Shown here: positions 22,741 to 36,333 of the stretch, piece after piece
How positions within the stretch are numbered: position 1 is the stretch's first letter
Layout: the number at the start of each line of letters is the position of its first letter
Source of the DNA: Pavona decussata
Taxonomy: Eukaryota
DNA: 64,000 nt
Assembly: GCA_977016875.1 (NCBI GenBank)
Contig: CDRNST010000015.1
Coordinates: 1,612,001 to 1,676,000, forward strand
Reading direction: 5' to 3'
The notes under the pieces: model-generated
What the model saw: only the letters and a program-made list of their open reading frames with translations
What the model was told of the DNA's origin: nothing
The model's database searches: none
Translations under genes and position numbers: made by a program

Positions 22741-25162
22741 TATTCCTTGGCCCGTCAATTTTTCTGAACGTGCCTTGTTTCGCGTTTCGTAATAAGAATG
22801 CTCCGCGCGATAACCCATGAAGGTTCAGGATTTTTCCGGCGGAGGAATTAAAAAAAAAAGAGAATTGTCATCGCAGGACTGAGTGTGACACGATAGCGAT
22901 CGCGTCAACGATTACATCTCTATAAAGTCAAATTGGAAAATTAAGTCTAACTGTGGTCACCCAAATTAAAGCTATTCAGAGGTACTTTTCTTTTGGAGCT
23001 ATTTTGATGTTTATTATGCGTAGTTTGAACTTGTAAGTCTCTGGATGAAAACCTAAGCCGTGGACATTAAAATAAAAGCTGAAGAGCAGCAGTTTTCTCA
23101 AACGTGGATTTCGGCATTTCTTCAAGATGACCTTTGAAAGTTAAAACGGGTTAATGGATCATATTCACCTAAACTGATCGAGCACCTCTGCTGTCCTATT
23201 ATTCCAAGCGTTCACTAAGTCAGAAACTGTCTCTCTTTTTTCCTCTTCCTCAGCGTGCACTTGCGATCGATCGTTCGATTCAACATGACCATTCTTCTGC
23301 TGTAAAACATTCGCGTTGCTCGCAGTGAGGTCTGCATTCGAATCTTTGGAATTCTTTGAATTTTCTGAGCGTTCTGCAGCATCTTGCGAAGGTCCCGGAG
23401 AAAGCTGCAAAACCTCACTATAATCTTCTGGTTCGATTTCGCATTCGCGTTTTCCATGCCCTCCATCTACATCATCTTGCACGGATTTAAATTCATTCGC
23501 GTGCTGCTCGTGCGACAAACCTTCCAAAGGTTCATGATTTCTTGCACAACTGTCACCCTAGCTAATTTGCCAATCAGACGAAACCGAATGCACCATAATC
23601 AAGCTTACCTCCTCTTGTTGTAATCATGGATGCATTCCGTACCGCGTACCAACTCTCGCGCCTCCGCGCTGAAATACTCTCAGGCAGTAATTAGTAATTA
23701 AACTATACGGGGCTAAATACAAATTTGAGGAAGGTGAGTTTTTCTACCCTCCGCATGAAGCTTGGTACGCAGCCACTCTCGGAATCCGCGCTCCCGCCAA
23801 TTGCGTCCGAATGAAACGGCGACCATGATCTTTCTTTGCAGCCCTCTTGCAAACTCTTACGCGGCGGCTGAAAGCTATGGAAGGGTCGCGGAAGGCTGCA
23901 GGCGAAACAGTGGCGGAAAAAAGTTGCCGCGCTGCGTTGTGCTGCTCTTTCCTTTTTCCTTCGTGCCTCTTCACTCTCGCAAGACTTGTTCTCTTATGCT
24001 ATATCCACGGGCTTTAATCCTTACGTTTTCCCTTTCTTCGCCACTCGACATGCTATCATTGCCATCACCTTTTTGTTCTAACGACTCCAGAACCCTCTCT
24101 ACGTTAAGGGAAACCGTTCACGAACGCTTCACCGCCGACGCCAAATGTTTTTGATTCGAAAGAATAGTGACTTGCACAATACATCGGTTAAAGGGAGGGG
24201 GAGCTAGGGAAGCGAGAAAAAATGAGGGAGTTTGGGGCCCTCCCCTCCCCTTCCCCGATTACTACACTCGGCGCCCCACGGCTCGACTACAAAGAGCGCG
24301 ACTGAGAACTTAACTCGAGGCCCGAAGTCTTATGCGCTGTCTCTCGGACAATCGCGACGCAAAGAAAAAAAAAGGACATGACCGAAAACTTAACTCGTAC
24401 CGCCTTACAGCCTGAGTAATTAACCTTCATTTTGGAAAAATTTCATACCTTATTATGAATTTTAAAGCTTTTTAAAAATTCTACTTACTTATTTATTTCG
24501 AATTAATCTCTAATTCCAGTAGCCTTTGCTGAGATCTGCTTTTCCTGCATAGCCACAACTGCACAAAAACACTCTTCTATGTTATGACGCACCGTGTTTT
24601 TGCATTGTTCACTGTAAAGAGCTATTGGACTGAGCTGGAATGGCGCTATATAAATGACGTATTGTTGTTGTGTTATTATTGTTTTTTTTTTTAGTTTCAC
24701 GTCTTATTTCCCAACACTTCTTAAAAAGACCATAAACGTCTGTAAGAAGTTTGTTCGATTGAATTCTATTGTTGACGTTTGTGGTGGAAGTTTTTGAAAA
24801 ATAAAATAATATTTTTCCAGCTACAATATTTAATATATTTCAAATACACTTTCCACTTTTGGCGGTTCAGTCCATTTTTACGTGCCTTGAGAGTAAATGA
24901 ATGACATTACCGAAAGAAACATAAAAGGGCGATTCACCTGAAAAGAATCCCGTTGAAGCCTGAATTTTTTTCAGGCTTCTAATTTCCAATTGCATAAATT
25001 GGAAAATTCACTGCGATGATCACTTCCCCCTCTTAAATGCTGATAATCAGTTACAAATGTACGACTCCTCAGCCGGAGTAGAGGTGAAACAAAAAAAAAC
25101 CGTGATTATATATTTTTAACCTTCACAAATATTACAGAGTAATGTTTCTTTGCTAAAAAGGC

Positions 25163-26128
25163 TCAATTCAACTCGATGACGTTTTCATTAGTCGAAGAAC
25201 AGATCAATTGCTTGATTATGTCCTTGACTGCTTGTCTCACCTCTCTGATCTTCCAACAGTAAAGAATTGGGTTTAATGATGAATTTAAGTAAACTAAAGT
25301 CACTGTAAACTGTCTGGTGAGAGCAAGGGATGGAGTTAATCCAACGTGAGATGACAATGCTGTCACTACACCATGTGGCAGGTAACATAAAACTAACACC
25401 AACTGTAGCCACAATGCACTGGACACTGCCTTTCTGTATCGCGCCATGTTAAGTTGTTGTGTATGGCTCGGTTGTCGTCGTTGAGAAACTGGGTCTTGTA
25501 CTTGAATGTGATGCTTACGAAGATTAATGAAAATGTTGGTGTAAGAGAAGATTGACGTTACTAAACAAATTGCTATTCCTGCTTGGCTATACCTTATGGT
25601 AAATAGGTAACTCTTAACGTAGGCTGTTGAACAGACAGAGCTTACAATCCAAGAGGTAACAACAATCACATATGTTCGTTTCAAAGTTACAATTTGCCTG
25701 TACCTCAGACCCAGGGAGAGCGCAAGAAGTCTGTCCACGCTTATTGCTGTCAACGTAAACAGAGATACTGAACACAAAGCATAGCTCGCTATAAAACTGG
25801 AAAATAGTGCGTGATAACAAACATTCCAGAGTTTTTTCACTGCAGAAATCCAATAGATTACAGCAAGAGGCTCCGAAACAAGACCAACACAAAGATCGAA
25901 TGCCGCCAGAGAACGAAACAGCAGTTTGGACGGCGGATGAAGAGAAGACTCCTTGTGAAGTGCGACCAGGATCACGGCGTTTCCCACAGAGGCAATTATA
26001 CACAATAACACGTTAAAAATTGAAAGAAATATCAACTCGTGGTGCATTCCATCTGTCAAACCTGCCGAGCAGAAAAGTTCTTCATACGTTTTCTGCTCTT
26101 CACCCTCGGTAACATTTCCTTTCGGCAT
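25163..26128 (-). CDS. Class A orphan GPCR, paralog 2 (321 aa)
   Basis: Same motifs as paralog 1, with LAAFD in TM2. Intact ORF, ATG at 26128. Confidence 0.92.
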   Translation of the reverse strand: MPKGNVTEGEEQKTYEELFCSAGLTDGMHHELIFLSIFNVLLCIIASVGNAVILVALHKESSLHPPSKLLFRSLAAFDLCVGLVSEPLAVIYWISAVKKLWNVCYHALFSSFIASYALCSVSLFTLTAISVDRLLALSLGLRYRQIVTLKRTYVIVVTSWIVSSVCSTAYVKSYLFTIRYSQAGIAICLVTSIFSYTNIFINLRKHHIQVQDPVSQRRQPSHTQQLNMARYRKAVSSALWLQLVLVLCYLPHGVVTALSSHVGLTPSLALTRQFTVTLVYLNSSLNPILYCWKIREVRQAVKDIIKQLICSSTNENVIELN

Positions 26129-26875
26129 AGCGGTCTCTAAGATGCGTGTCTTCTCGTTGCACAAACAGGTGCCTATAAATTAATCATTCACTTATTGTCA
26201 CTTTAATCATCGTTTAGTGAATGTCAATGACTTTTAGTTTTGTTACTCAATTGATTATAGATATTCTATTGATCTCACTGGTAGAGGATTGGCCACTTCG
26301 CGATTTGTTGATGTTTCTAAGGCAGAAATAAATACGATGAAAGCAAATACAATGCTGAAAGGCACTAAAGATTCAGCTAAGTTCTGTGTTACACTTTTCG
26401 AATGCAAGGTGTAAATTTTTTCTTATTGTAATAGAAAAACCTTGTAAATCGTGGTGGACATCTTATTGGTGTCCTCTATACAAATTTCACTTACCAATTA
26501 TTCGCGAAGTCAATATTGGTGAATAATGGTCTCGGGGTATATTCCGCAATATTTGCTAAATAATTGTATTATATTCACCAATATCTACGAAGTTTGTTCG
26601 ATTGAACTCTTTATTTAAGAATCCATAATATAATTTGTTGCCTTATTATCGCTAAACAGCTAGCAAAATAGACGTTTTTGACGAATGTTTTTGACAACTG
26701 AAATAATATTTTGTCAGCTGCGATATTTAATATATTCTATATGGGCTTTCCACTTTTGGAGGTTCAGTTCAGTTTGACGTGCCTAAGAGTAAATGAATGA
26801 CATTACTGAAAAAAATGTGAAAGGACGTTTGACCTCGCAAGGAAACAACAAAGGTTGTATAACGGATAATCAGTT

Positions 26876-28676
26876 AACAACAACAGCAAACAAGAACAAC
26901 AACCTTATTTAATATATTTAGATCTTTTACAGGAATACACAGCCGGCATATAGCAAAGCTAATCGAGGCAGGCTGTGTAACTTAATAATTATGACAAACA
27001 TGAATATAAAATAAGAATAAATTAGTAAATATAAATATAAGTAAGCAAATAAGTCACGCATTCGTTCTTTTACAATGTAAGCAACTAGATAAGACAAAAA
27101 TTAAATAAGTAGAATATACATAATTATACATACACATATATACGCATATATCAGATTTCGGGGAAACAAGAACAATTAACAATAGTTAGTGATTTTAAAG
27201 ATTAAGACGAGACACTAACATAATCATCCTTATCATCAAGCACCGCAAGAAGAAATTGATGAATTGTTTACTTAAAACGTCTCTTCCTAAGCTTACGCAG
27301 ATCAGGCCTCAAGCAATTCCACACCTTAGCTCCAAGGGCCGACAAAGAATGAAGTCGAACATTCAATCTTTATTTATTAACATAGAAATTATCAGCATCA
27401 GAAATCTAGTATTGGTATGGACATTACTTGAATAGGTAAAGAGGCGACAAATATTCCGAGGCGCAGAATTAGTAGAAATGTCATGCATTAGAGAACAAAC
27501 CGTTTCAAAATAAGGCATATTGAGAGGTAAGATGTTAGTAGAGATAAAGAAGGGGATAGCATGAGATCTACAATATTAGAAAAGATCATTAGCCGAAGGG
27601 CACGTTTCTGTAGGATAAGTATCTTAATAAATAATAAATCTACGCAGCTTGACCCCAAGCGGCAATGCCGTAAGATGTGAATGGAAAAAGCAAAGAACGA
27701 TAAATTTGGATTAAAGTTGTTTTTGACGATTTCTCGGCTTTAGATGTCAATCGCTTCCGACAAGACTGGAAGCACAAAACACCGTTTTTCCAGCAACAAA
27801 GCAAACGCTGTCTTTCAGGCAAAAAGCAAAAAAAAATCAAAACCTGTTCTACGTCACTGTCCAAGCCATTTTGCGCGCGGAACGTGCGATTTAAATTAAT
27901 TAATGTCCAGTCCTTGCGCGGCGCAAGGCTAAGTGCGCGCGCGGCGAACACATGAAAACACAACAATAAAGAGTAGAAAGATAGAAATGTTAATGTCAGC
28001 AAAAAAAAAAAGTACGAATTGTCCAAAACAAAAGTATTAAAGGAACGTAGTGTCTTAATCGTGCAGCAATTCCAACAACTCTACTAATTTTAGAGGCAAT
28101 ATAGTCAATATGAAATTTCCAGGTTAAGTTTTTTATCGATAAGTACCCCTAGGAACTTAACGTAATCTTTACATTCAAGAGAAGTATGACCGTTTGAGGT
28201 ATTGTCGTATATCCTTAGATTAATGTGATAGCTCAGCTTCTTTTGTGATGGTCTGAAAATGACAAAATTTGACTTTTTAGCATTTATGGTCAGCTTATTA
28301 GCATTTGACCAGTAACATCCTTTCTGCAATTCGATGTTAATTACTGTTTCTAATGATTTCAAGTCTTTATTAGCATACAACAGGTTGGTATCATTATCAA
28401 ATAAGTAAACACCAAGCGTCTCAGGAGAATTGTAGATATCATTTATGTAGATCAAGAAGAGCAGAGGGCTCAAGACAGACCCTTGGGGGACTCCTGTTTG
28501 TACATTCCTTTGAGATGCTATATGATTGTCAATTTGGGTTGTTTGGACTCGGCCATTTAAGTACGAAGAAAACCAATCATTTACGGGACCCCTTACTCCA
28601 TAATGACACAGCTCACTCAAAGGATTGAATGATCCACAGTATCAAAGGCTTCTTTTAAGTCGAGAGAAATACCACG
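26876..28676 (-). mobile_element. 5'-truncated CR1/L2-type LINE (RT domain)
   Basis: GVPQGSVLSPLLFLIYIND, degenerate FADD (FDNDT), VKFLGVLID and a (TTG)n tail. Absent at the paralogous site ~21680. Confidence 0.88.
27718..28030. mobile_element. Probable solo LTR nested in the LINE
   Basis: 313 bp, TGTTTTTGAC...GTCCAAAACA, flanked by a 5-bp TSD AAAGT (27713-27717, 28031-28035). Confidence 0.7.
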
Positions 28677-31207
28677 TGTGAACATGGGTCCTCAGACGGA
28701 GTAGAGGTGTAAGAAAAAATGAACTTCGATTATTTACGGTACAACCTCCCAAAGGGAAACCAGGAATAGATCGAGTTAGCGGGGCTTCAAGTTGGCGGGG
28801 TTAGTGTTTAATTTCAAACACCCTGTTCAAAATTAATAAAATATCGTGCTTTTTTCACTCATTCACACTCAATCAGTCTGTTTTATAACAGGTTTTTGAT
28901 AGTTTGGAAATTTTAGGCACAATTTGAACCCTATCAACGCCTTCTTTGTTTCCTTAAATATTTCTACTGGGACGTGTGCGTGTGGGCGGGGAGGGGGAGG
29001 GACGGCAATTATAAACAATGAGGCTTGGAGGATAGATAGGACGTCCAAAGATGTTTCCTTCGAGGTCTCCAATGGGAAGTGATAACGTCATACGAAATTG
29101 TAATCACGTAATGATTGCCAAATGGCGGCCATCTTGGATCCGCCATCTTTGATTTTTGGATTTACCCTAAACTTCAAGAAAGCGCCGAAGTTTAGTACTT
29201 ACGGAACGGTACCCCACCCCTCAGACTCCAAGATCTGCCAAAATTTCAGACATACGCAGAATACTTTATTTTGGGAGACTGCTGCTCCAAGGACCTCCCG
29301 GGCTCATTAATTGAATGTTTACATTCAAGGAAAAAATTGCAACAAAAAATGTCGAGCAAATGGGACGCAAAAAGGTTCCCGGCAGCCAGTTTTTGTGCGC
29401 AAATCAGCCGTCAGTGAAAAGTAAGAAAGAAAATGATGAAAAAGTGAAAAAAAAAAAAAACTACAAGAAGAGTCAGAGTGTAAGCGAATAATTTTTCGTG
29501 CTATGGAAAGATCGACAAACTCCAGAGAGAGTGTGAACGTCTGCAGTTTGAAAAGGCTGGTCTGAAAAGGACAGTACAAACTCTACGACGAAGCATAGGT
29601 AAGTGTCGGTTCAAGAAGCTATGAAATTTAATTTAAATTCATGAAAAGTGTTTCTTGAAAATTTTCGAGTTGAAAGCCGCAGAGAGTGGCTTTCCTACAT
29701 ACACTTGAAAATTTTTGTGGCAATTTAGCGATTGATGCTGTCATTAAATTTATTTTCAGATTATGTAATTAACCTAACATAATGATATCACCCACTTTCA
29801 GGAGCACTTAACAAGAAAAAAAACGTTCGTACGACACAAGAAAATTATTGGTTTATACCACTTAGAAGAGGAAAGAAGAAAAAAAAACAGTAGAACTTTT
29901 AAATCTGTCCCATTCTTTCTACCTTGCATGCTAAAGTTCCAAAACTCTTGTGTTTTAAAACGATATTCAACGAAACAGATTGCTATGCTTTGACTGGCGC
30001 AAATGTTGTCCAAGAAACGCTCCAACAGAACATGTCTGAAGCTTTTCCTTCCTGACATACTGCATTCCATTCCGTGAAGACTAATTAATTGAACGAAAAG
30101 TAATCAAAACCAAGAACAGAACACTAATATCAGTTAAAAACATAAAAGTTAAATTTTTCTTCCGTTTAAAAAGGGATTTTCCATTTTCTTGAAAATCTGC
30201 CCGTCAAAAATTAGTTCTCAAAGTTATTTTTTGGTGGACAATGCCTGGATGTGCAGAACGTATGCGCAGTATGAAAAGGAACAACCGTTCTAAAAGAAAA
30301 GGGCTTGCCTTTTCAGCTTTTGTTAACAACTTTTCGGCCGTTTTCTTTGCTTATTGTCCCAGCACCTGCATACTGCTAAAGTGTGAATTTCTGATCGAGG
30401 TGCACAGACACTCAGGACCGAAGATTTGGAGAGAAAGACAAAGTAATATATTAATATGTTAGAGAAAAAGTTGTTTCTTGATCCTGTCATATGGTACACC
30501 ACTTGACAAAGATTCCGAGATGGAATCGAAAGCTCGTATCTAAATATAAATTTTCGATCCTGAGAAGGAAACTTTTTTTGTTTGAAATATATAAATGTAT
30601 TTACTTGATACTGAAATTCTATGAACCTATTTTTCTCCCACTCTCGTTCAAAGGCGCCTCCAATTCGGAAAGCTCCGGTTGTTCACGGTCTTTGACAATC
30701 TCAAGAACAATTTATTTTAGCCTGAGTTGCTTTCCATTAATATTCAAGTAAGGCCTCTTGAAAGCAGCACATGGGTTCAATGTGTAATGGTGAATGCCTC
30801 AGGCAAACTTCGGGCGTTTATTTTTCGAAGATATATTTTGCATGGTTTATGACTATGCAAGAAAAGCAGACCCTAGTAGAGGGTCCGTTGGAATTGAAAA
30901 AGAAAATTACTGGTAACCACCCATTTTTCAGAGATAGTTAAGCTTCAATTTAGAAAAAATGCAATACGTTTTAATACATCGTAAAGCTTTTTGGAATGAT
31001 TTTGCTTATTTAACTCTAATTAATCTCGAATTCCAGTAGCCTTTGTTAAGATCTGTTTTTACCACATAGCCAAAACTGTGCAAAAATACTCTTCTATATC
31101 ATATTCTATATCATAACGCACCGTCCTTAATATTTAAGTAATTAATTGAGCATTGTTTCCTGTAAAACTCTATTGCACAGAGATGGAAGGGCGCTACATA
31201 AATGAAG

Positions 31208-31222
31208 TATTATTATTATTAC

Positions 31223-31271
<49 letters not shown>

Positions 31272-31287
31272 GTTATTATTATTATTG
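31208..31287. repeat. (ATT)n microsatellite
   Basis: Directly visible. Confidence 0.95.
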
Positions 31288-31730
31288 GAGAAAATTTGGC
31301 AAAGTTCCAATGATTATTTCGCAACACTTCTCGAAAAGACCACAAACGTTCATACGAAGTTTAGTCGATTGAATTCTTTAATAAAGAATCCATAATATAA
31401 TTTGATGCCTTATCGTTGCTACACAGCTAGCAAAATATACGTTTGTAAAAGAAGTTTTTTGTCAGCTGCAATGTTCAATATCTTCCGAAAACACTTTCCA
31501 CGTTTGACGGTTTAGTTCATTTTTACGTGCTTAAGAGTCAATGAATGATATTACTGAAAAAAAAAATATAAAGGCGTTTCACCTCACAAGGAAACAACAA
31601 ATGCAGTATAAATAATTATCACGTGAATGACTCCTCAAACGGAGTGGAGGTCAGTCACAAAAAATGAACTACGATTATATATTTCAACGTTCAAAAGTAT
31701 GACGGAGCAATGTTTCTTCGCTAACAAGAC

Positions 31731-32696
31731 TCAGTCCAACTCCATGACGTTTTCATTTGTCGAAGAACAGATAAATTTCATGATTATCTCCTTGACTGCT
31801 TTTCTCACTTCTCTGATCTTCCAACAGTAAAGAATTGGGTTCAATGATGAATTTAAGTAAACTAAAGTCACTGTAAACTGTCTGATAAGAAAAAGGGATG
31901 GGGTTAATCCAGCATGAGACGACAACGCTGTCACTACACCATGTGGCAGGTAACACAAAACTAACATCAACTGTAGCCACAATGCACTGGAGACTGCCTT
32001 TCGGTATCGCTCCATGTTAAGTTCGTGTGTTTGGCTCGGTTGTCCTTGTTGAGAAACTGGGTCTTGTACTTGAATGTGATGCTTACGAAGATTAATGAAA
32101 ATGTTGGTGTATGAGAAGATCGATGTTACTAAACAAATTGCTATTCCTGCTTGGCTATACCTTATGGTAAATAGGTAACTCTTAACGTAGGCTGTTGAAA
32201 AGACAGAGCTTAAAATCACAAAGGCAATAACAATCACATATGTTCGCTTCAAAGTTACAATTTGCCTGTACCTGAGACCCAGGGAGAGGGCCAGTAGTCT
32301 GTCAACGCTTATTGCTGTCAACGTAAACAGAGATACTGAACACAAAGTATAGCTCGCTATAAAACTGGAAAATAGTGCGTGATAACAAACATTCCAAAGT
32401 TGTTTCACTGCAGATATCCAATAGATCACAGCAAGAGGCTCCGAAACAAGACCAACACAAAGATCGGATGCCGCCAGACAGCGAAGCAGGAGTTTGGACG
32501 GCGGGTGAAGAGAAGACTCCTTGTGAAGGGCTACTAGGATCATAGCGTTTCCCACAGAGGCAATTATGCACAATAACACATGAAAAATGGAAAGAAATGT
32601 CAACTCGTGGTGCATTCCATCTGTCAAAGCTGCCGAGCAGAAAAGTTCTTCATACGTTTTCTGCTCTTCACCCTCGGTAACATTTGCTTTTGCCAT
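31731..32696 (-). CDS. Class A orphan GPCR, paralog 3 (321 aa; possible upstream ATG at 32756)
   Basis: Intact ORF with the same motifs. TM4 lacks the conserved Trp. Confidence 0.92.
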   Translation of the reverse strand: MAKANVTEGEEQKTYEELFCSAALTDGMHHELTFLSIFHVLLCIIASVGNAMILVALHKESSLHPPSKLLLRCLAASDLCVGLVSEPLAVIYWISAVKQLWNVCYHALFSSFIASYTLCSVSLFTLTAISVDRLLALSLGLRYRQIVTLKRTYVIVIAFVILSSVFSTAYVKSYLFTIRYSQAGIAICLVTSIFSYTNIFINLRKHHIQVQDPVSQQGQPSQTHELNMERYRKAVSSALWLQLMLVLCYLPHGVVTALSSHAGLTPSLFLIRQFTVTLVYLNSSLNPILYCWKIREVRKAVKEIIMKFICSSTNENVMELD

Positions 32697-32779
32697 AGCG
32701 GTCTCTAAGATGCGTTTCTCGGCTTGTTGTTCAAATAGGTGCGTACTTTGAAGCATTCACTGATTGTCGTTCAGTGAAT

Positions 32780-33390
32780 GTTATCACAAAATCCAGAATA
32801 TCTCGGGAATATTGGAATGATGCCTTCAAACATGGCACCAGTAATGTACCTCAGGTGATACACAAAATGACGCCTACTGTACTGTTGCCATGGCAACAAA
32901 TTTGTTCTCTGGCCTGTTTCATGCTCGATCGACGTTCTTATATTTTGTCTTAATCAGACATCGCTTACTCCCAATGAGCTGGTGAGGAGACGCAGGACAA
33001 TATGGACACTTCGTGCCTTTCAAGTAGTATTGTCTGCCTCTCCTTATATGGTCCAAAGTGGAGACATTTGGTTCATATAGCGGAAAGCGACTGCGGTCGA
33101 GAGTAATGCCAAAGCAACATCAAAATGGGTGTCATTTTGTGTCTTACCTGGTGTACATTATTGGTGCCAAGTTTGTGTTCGATCGCTGTTATGTTTTCAG
33201 AGATATTCTTGTTTTGTGATTTATCTTCATTGTGAGACGATTTGTGACGTCATCAATTTTTGAACAAAACTTGAATATCTCTGGAGCGAGAGAAGATATT
33301 TCATAAAAGAAGACGCCATTATTCGTCATTTTGAAAGGTCTTTCAAATAAGTATAATATATTTTTTATTTGTTTGTAGGCACTTCAAACG
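32780..33390. mobile_element. Non-autonomous DNA transposon fragment containing the duplication breakpoint
   Basis: Partly palindromic, with GTTGCCATGGCAAC motifs, and ends GTAGGCACTTCAA. Its 3' part recurs at 41866-42112. Confidence 0.55.
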
Positions 33391-34535
33391 TTTTTCAAGT
33401 TCTTTTTTTTTTAGTCAGTCTAATCATAAAATCGCTAGAAATTAATCTGAATTAAAAGAGGGTTGATTTCGTCCCCGAAAACTGCCTTTAATGCTTAATG
33501 TATTCAGTTACGCAGTTTTGGATATGTGGGAGAAGTGGATCTCATCAAAAACTAATGTAATTTAGAAAGAAAATTAGGGGTAACCACGTATTTTTAAGAG
33601 ATAATTGATCAACGGTTATTATAACCTTAAAAGCTTTAAAATGCATAGCAATATGTGACATCTGAAGCGGCAAATTGAAGTGTTTTTTTCAATTATCTCT
33701 GAAAATGCGTGGTTATCCCTAATTTTCGTTCTCCTTTCCAACAATCCTTCCTAAGGTCTGCTTTTCTCTTATAGTCATAACCATCATAACATGTCATTGT
33801 TTTAGTAGGCACCGTCCTTAAGAAACTCTTGTTTCGGCGGACTATCCCCAGATGTGTAAAACAGGTGTACAGTAGCAAAAAGTGGCACAGCTCTAAAACT
33901 AAATAGCTTGTCTTTACATGTTTTATTAGCATATTTTCGCCCACGCTCGTTGAAAGGCGCCTCCAATTCACAATCCTCACGTTGATTGACAATCCCAAGA
34001 ACAATTTCTTTTAGCCTGAGGTTCTCTTCGGTCATTAATATTCAAGTAAGATCTCTTGAAAACAGCATATGGGTTCAATGTGTAATGGTGAATGCCTCGG
34101 GCAAACTTCGGGTGTTTATTTCCCGTAGATATATTTTGCGTGGTTTATGACCATGCGAGTAAAGCAGACCTTAAGAGGATCCGGTTGGAATCCAAAAAGA
34201 AAATTAGAGCCAAACCAGGAATTTTCAGAGATAATTAAGCTCCAGTTTTGAAAAAATACCGTACGTTTTAAGCAACGTAAAGCTTTTTAGAATGATTGTT
34301 CCTTATTTATCTCAATTAATCTCTAATTCCAGCAGCCTTTGCTGGGATCTGCTTTTCTTGCATAGCCACAACTGCGCAAACATACTCTTCTACAATATGA
34401 CGCACCTTCCTTAATATTTAGGTGACTACTTTGTCACTGTTTACCATAAAATTATATTGAACAGAGAAGGAATGGCGTTGTATAAAAAAAAGTATTATTG
34501 TTGTATTATTATTGTTATTATTGTTGTGTTATTCG

Positions 34536-34941
34536 ACCGCAGAGAGGTTGGCTCAGTTGGTTGACTATCGGACTAACGTGCGGGAGGTCGGGGATTCAAA
34601 CTCTTGCCAGACCAACACTCAGGAACTGAACTTCACTGAGAAGAAAGTGCTGCATTTGTAATGACATCTGCAAATGGTTAGCCTTAGTCTTAGCCTAGGA
34701 TAAGGACAATAAACCGTAGGCCCCGTCTCAGAACACTTCAATATTCATAACCCTCTGGGACGTTAAAGAACGCACACATTAATCGAAATGGTTTGGGTGG
34801 ATTGGAGGAGGTCGCTAATGGATTGCCAGAGGCGCCTATATATGCTGATGTCCGATCTCACCCTTGCACTGAAGTAATGTAAACCGCATTTGAATATGTA
34901 TACAGAAAATGCGCTATATAAATACCATTACCATTACCATT
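34536..34941 (+). mobile_element. tRNA-derived SINE with Deu/Nin-like core
   Basis: A box TGGCTCAGTTGG, B-box-like GATTCAAACTC, core GGATAAGGACAATAAACCGTAGGCCCC...GACGTTAAAGAAC and a (TACCAT)n tail. Only the 3' part survives at 55412-55545. Confidence 0.75.
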
Positions 34942-35367
34942 TCCATGGAGAAAATTTGGCAAGTTTCACGTGTTATTTCGCAACACTTCTTGAAAAGACC
35001 ATAAACGTCTATACGAAGTTTGTTCAACTGAATTCTATTGTTGCTACACATCACGTTAATTTGTGGTGGACGTTTTTGACAAATGAAATAATATTTTGTC
35101 AGCTGCAATACTAGTTTAATATATTCGAAATACACTTTCCACGTTCAGTTCATTTTTATGTGCTTAAGAGTAAATAAATGACATACCGAAACAATCATCA
35201 AAGGGCGATTCACCTGAAAAGAAAACAACAAATGCAGTATAACTGATAATCAGTTACAAATGTACATGAGTCCTCAGACGGAGAAGAGGCGCCACAAAAA
35301 AGAACTGCGATTATATACTTTTAACTTTCACAAGTATGACAAAGTAATATTTCTTCGCTAACAAGAC

Positions 35368-36333
35368 TCAATTTGAATCGATGACGTTTTCATTTGTCGA
35401 AGAACAGATAAATCGCTGAATTACGTCCTTGACTGTTTGTCTCACTTCTCTGATCTTCCAACAGTAAAGAATTGGGTTTAATGATGAATTTAAGTAAACT
35501 AAAGTCATTGTAAACTGTCTGATGAGAGCAAGGGATGGAGTTAATCCAATATGAGATGATAACGCTGTCACTACACCATGTGGCAGGTAACATAAAACTA
35601 ATATCAACTGTAGCCACAATGCACTGGACAATGCCTTTCTGTATCGCGCCATGTTAAGTTGTTGTGTATGGCTCGGTTCTCCACGTTGAGAAACTGGGTC
35701 TTGTACTTCAATGTGACGCTTACGAAGGTTAATGAAAATGTTGGTGTAACAGAAGATTGATGTTACTAAACAAATTACTATAACTGCTTGGCTATACCTT
35801 ACAGTAAATAGGTAACTCTTAACGTAGGCTATTGAACAGACAGAGCTTACAATCCAAAAGGTAACAACAATCACATATGTTCGCTTCAAAGTTACAATTT
35901 GCCTGTACCTCAGACCCAGGGAGAGGGCGAGAAGTCTGTCCACGCTTATTGCTGTCAACGTAAACAGAGATACTGAACACAAAGTATAGCTCGCTATAAA
36001 ACTAGAAAATAGCGCGTGATAACAAACATTCCAAAGTTGTTTCACTGCAGATATCCAATAGATCACAGCAAGAGGCTCCGAAACAAGACCAACACAAAGA
36101 TCGGATGCCGCCAGACAGCGAAACAAGAGTTTGGACGGCGGATGAAGAGAAGACTCCTTGTGAAGGGCGACTAGGATCACAGCGTTTCCCACAGAGGCAA
36201 TTATGCACAATAACACATGAAAAATTGAAAGAAATGTCAACTCGTGGTGCATTCCATCTGTCAAACCCGCCGAGCACATAAGTTCTTCATACGTTTTCGG
36301 CCCTTCACTCTCGGAAACATTTGCTTTCGCCAT
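35368..36333 (-). CDS. Class A orphan GPCR, paralog 4 (321 aa)
   Basis: Intact ORF, same motifs, ATG at 36333. Confidence 0.92.
   Translation of the reverse strand: MAKANVSESEGPKTYEELMCSAGLTDGMHHELTFLSIFHVLLCIIASVGNAVILVALHKESSLHPPSKLLFRCLAASDLCVGLVSEPLAVIYWISAVKQLWNVCYHALFSSFIASYTLCSVSLFTLTAISVDRLLALSLGLRYRQIVTLKRTYVIVVTFWIVSSVCSIAYVKSYLFTVRYSQAVIVICLVTSIFCYTNIFINLRKRHIEVQDPVSQRGEPSHTQQLNMARYRKALSSALWLQLILVLCYLPHGVVTALSSHIGLTPSLALIRQFTMTLVYLNSSLNPILYCWKIREVRQTVKDVIQRFICSSTNENVIDSN

Noticed and set aside
31142-31395. Poly-Ile/poly-Leu ORFs (also poly-Asn/Ile at 45033-45329)
   Set aside because: Translations of (ATT)n microsatellites.
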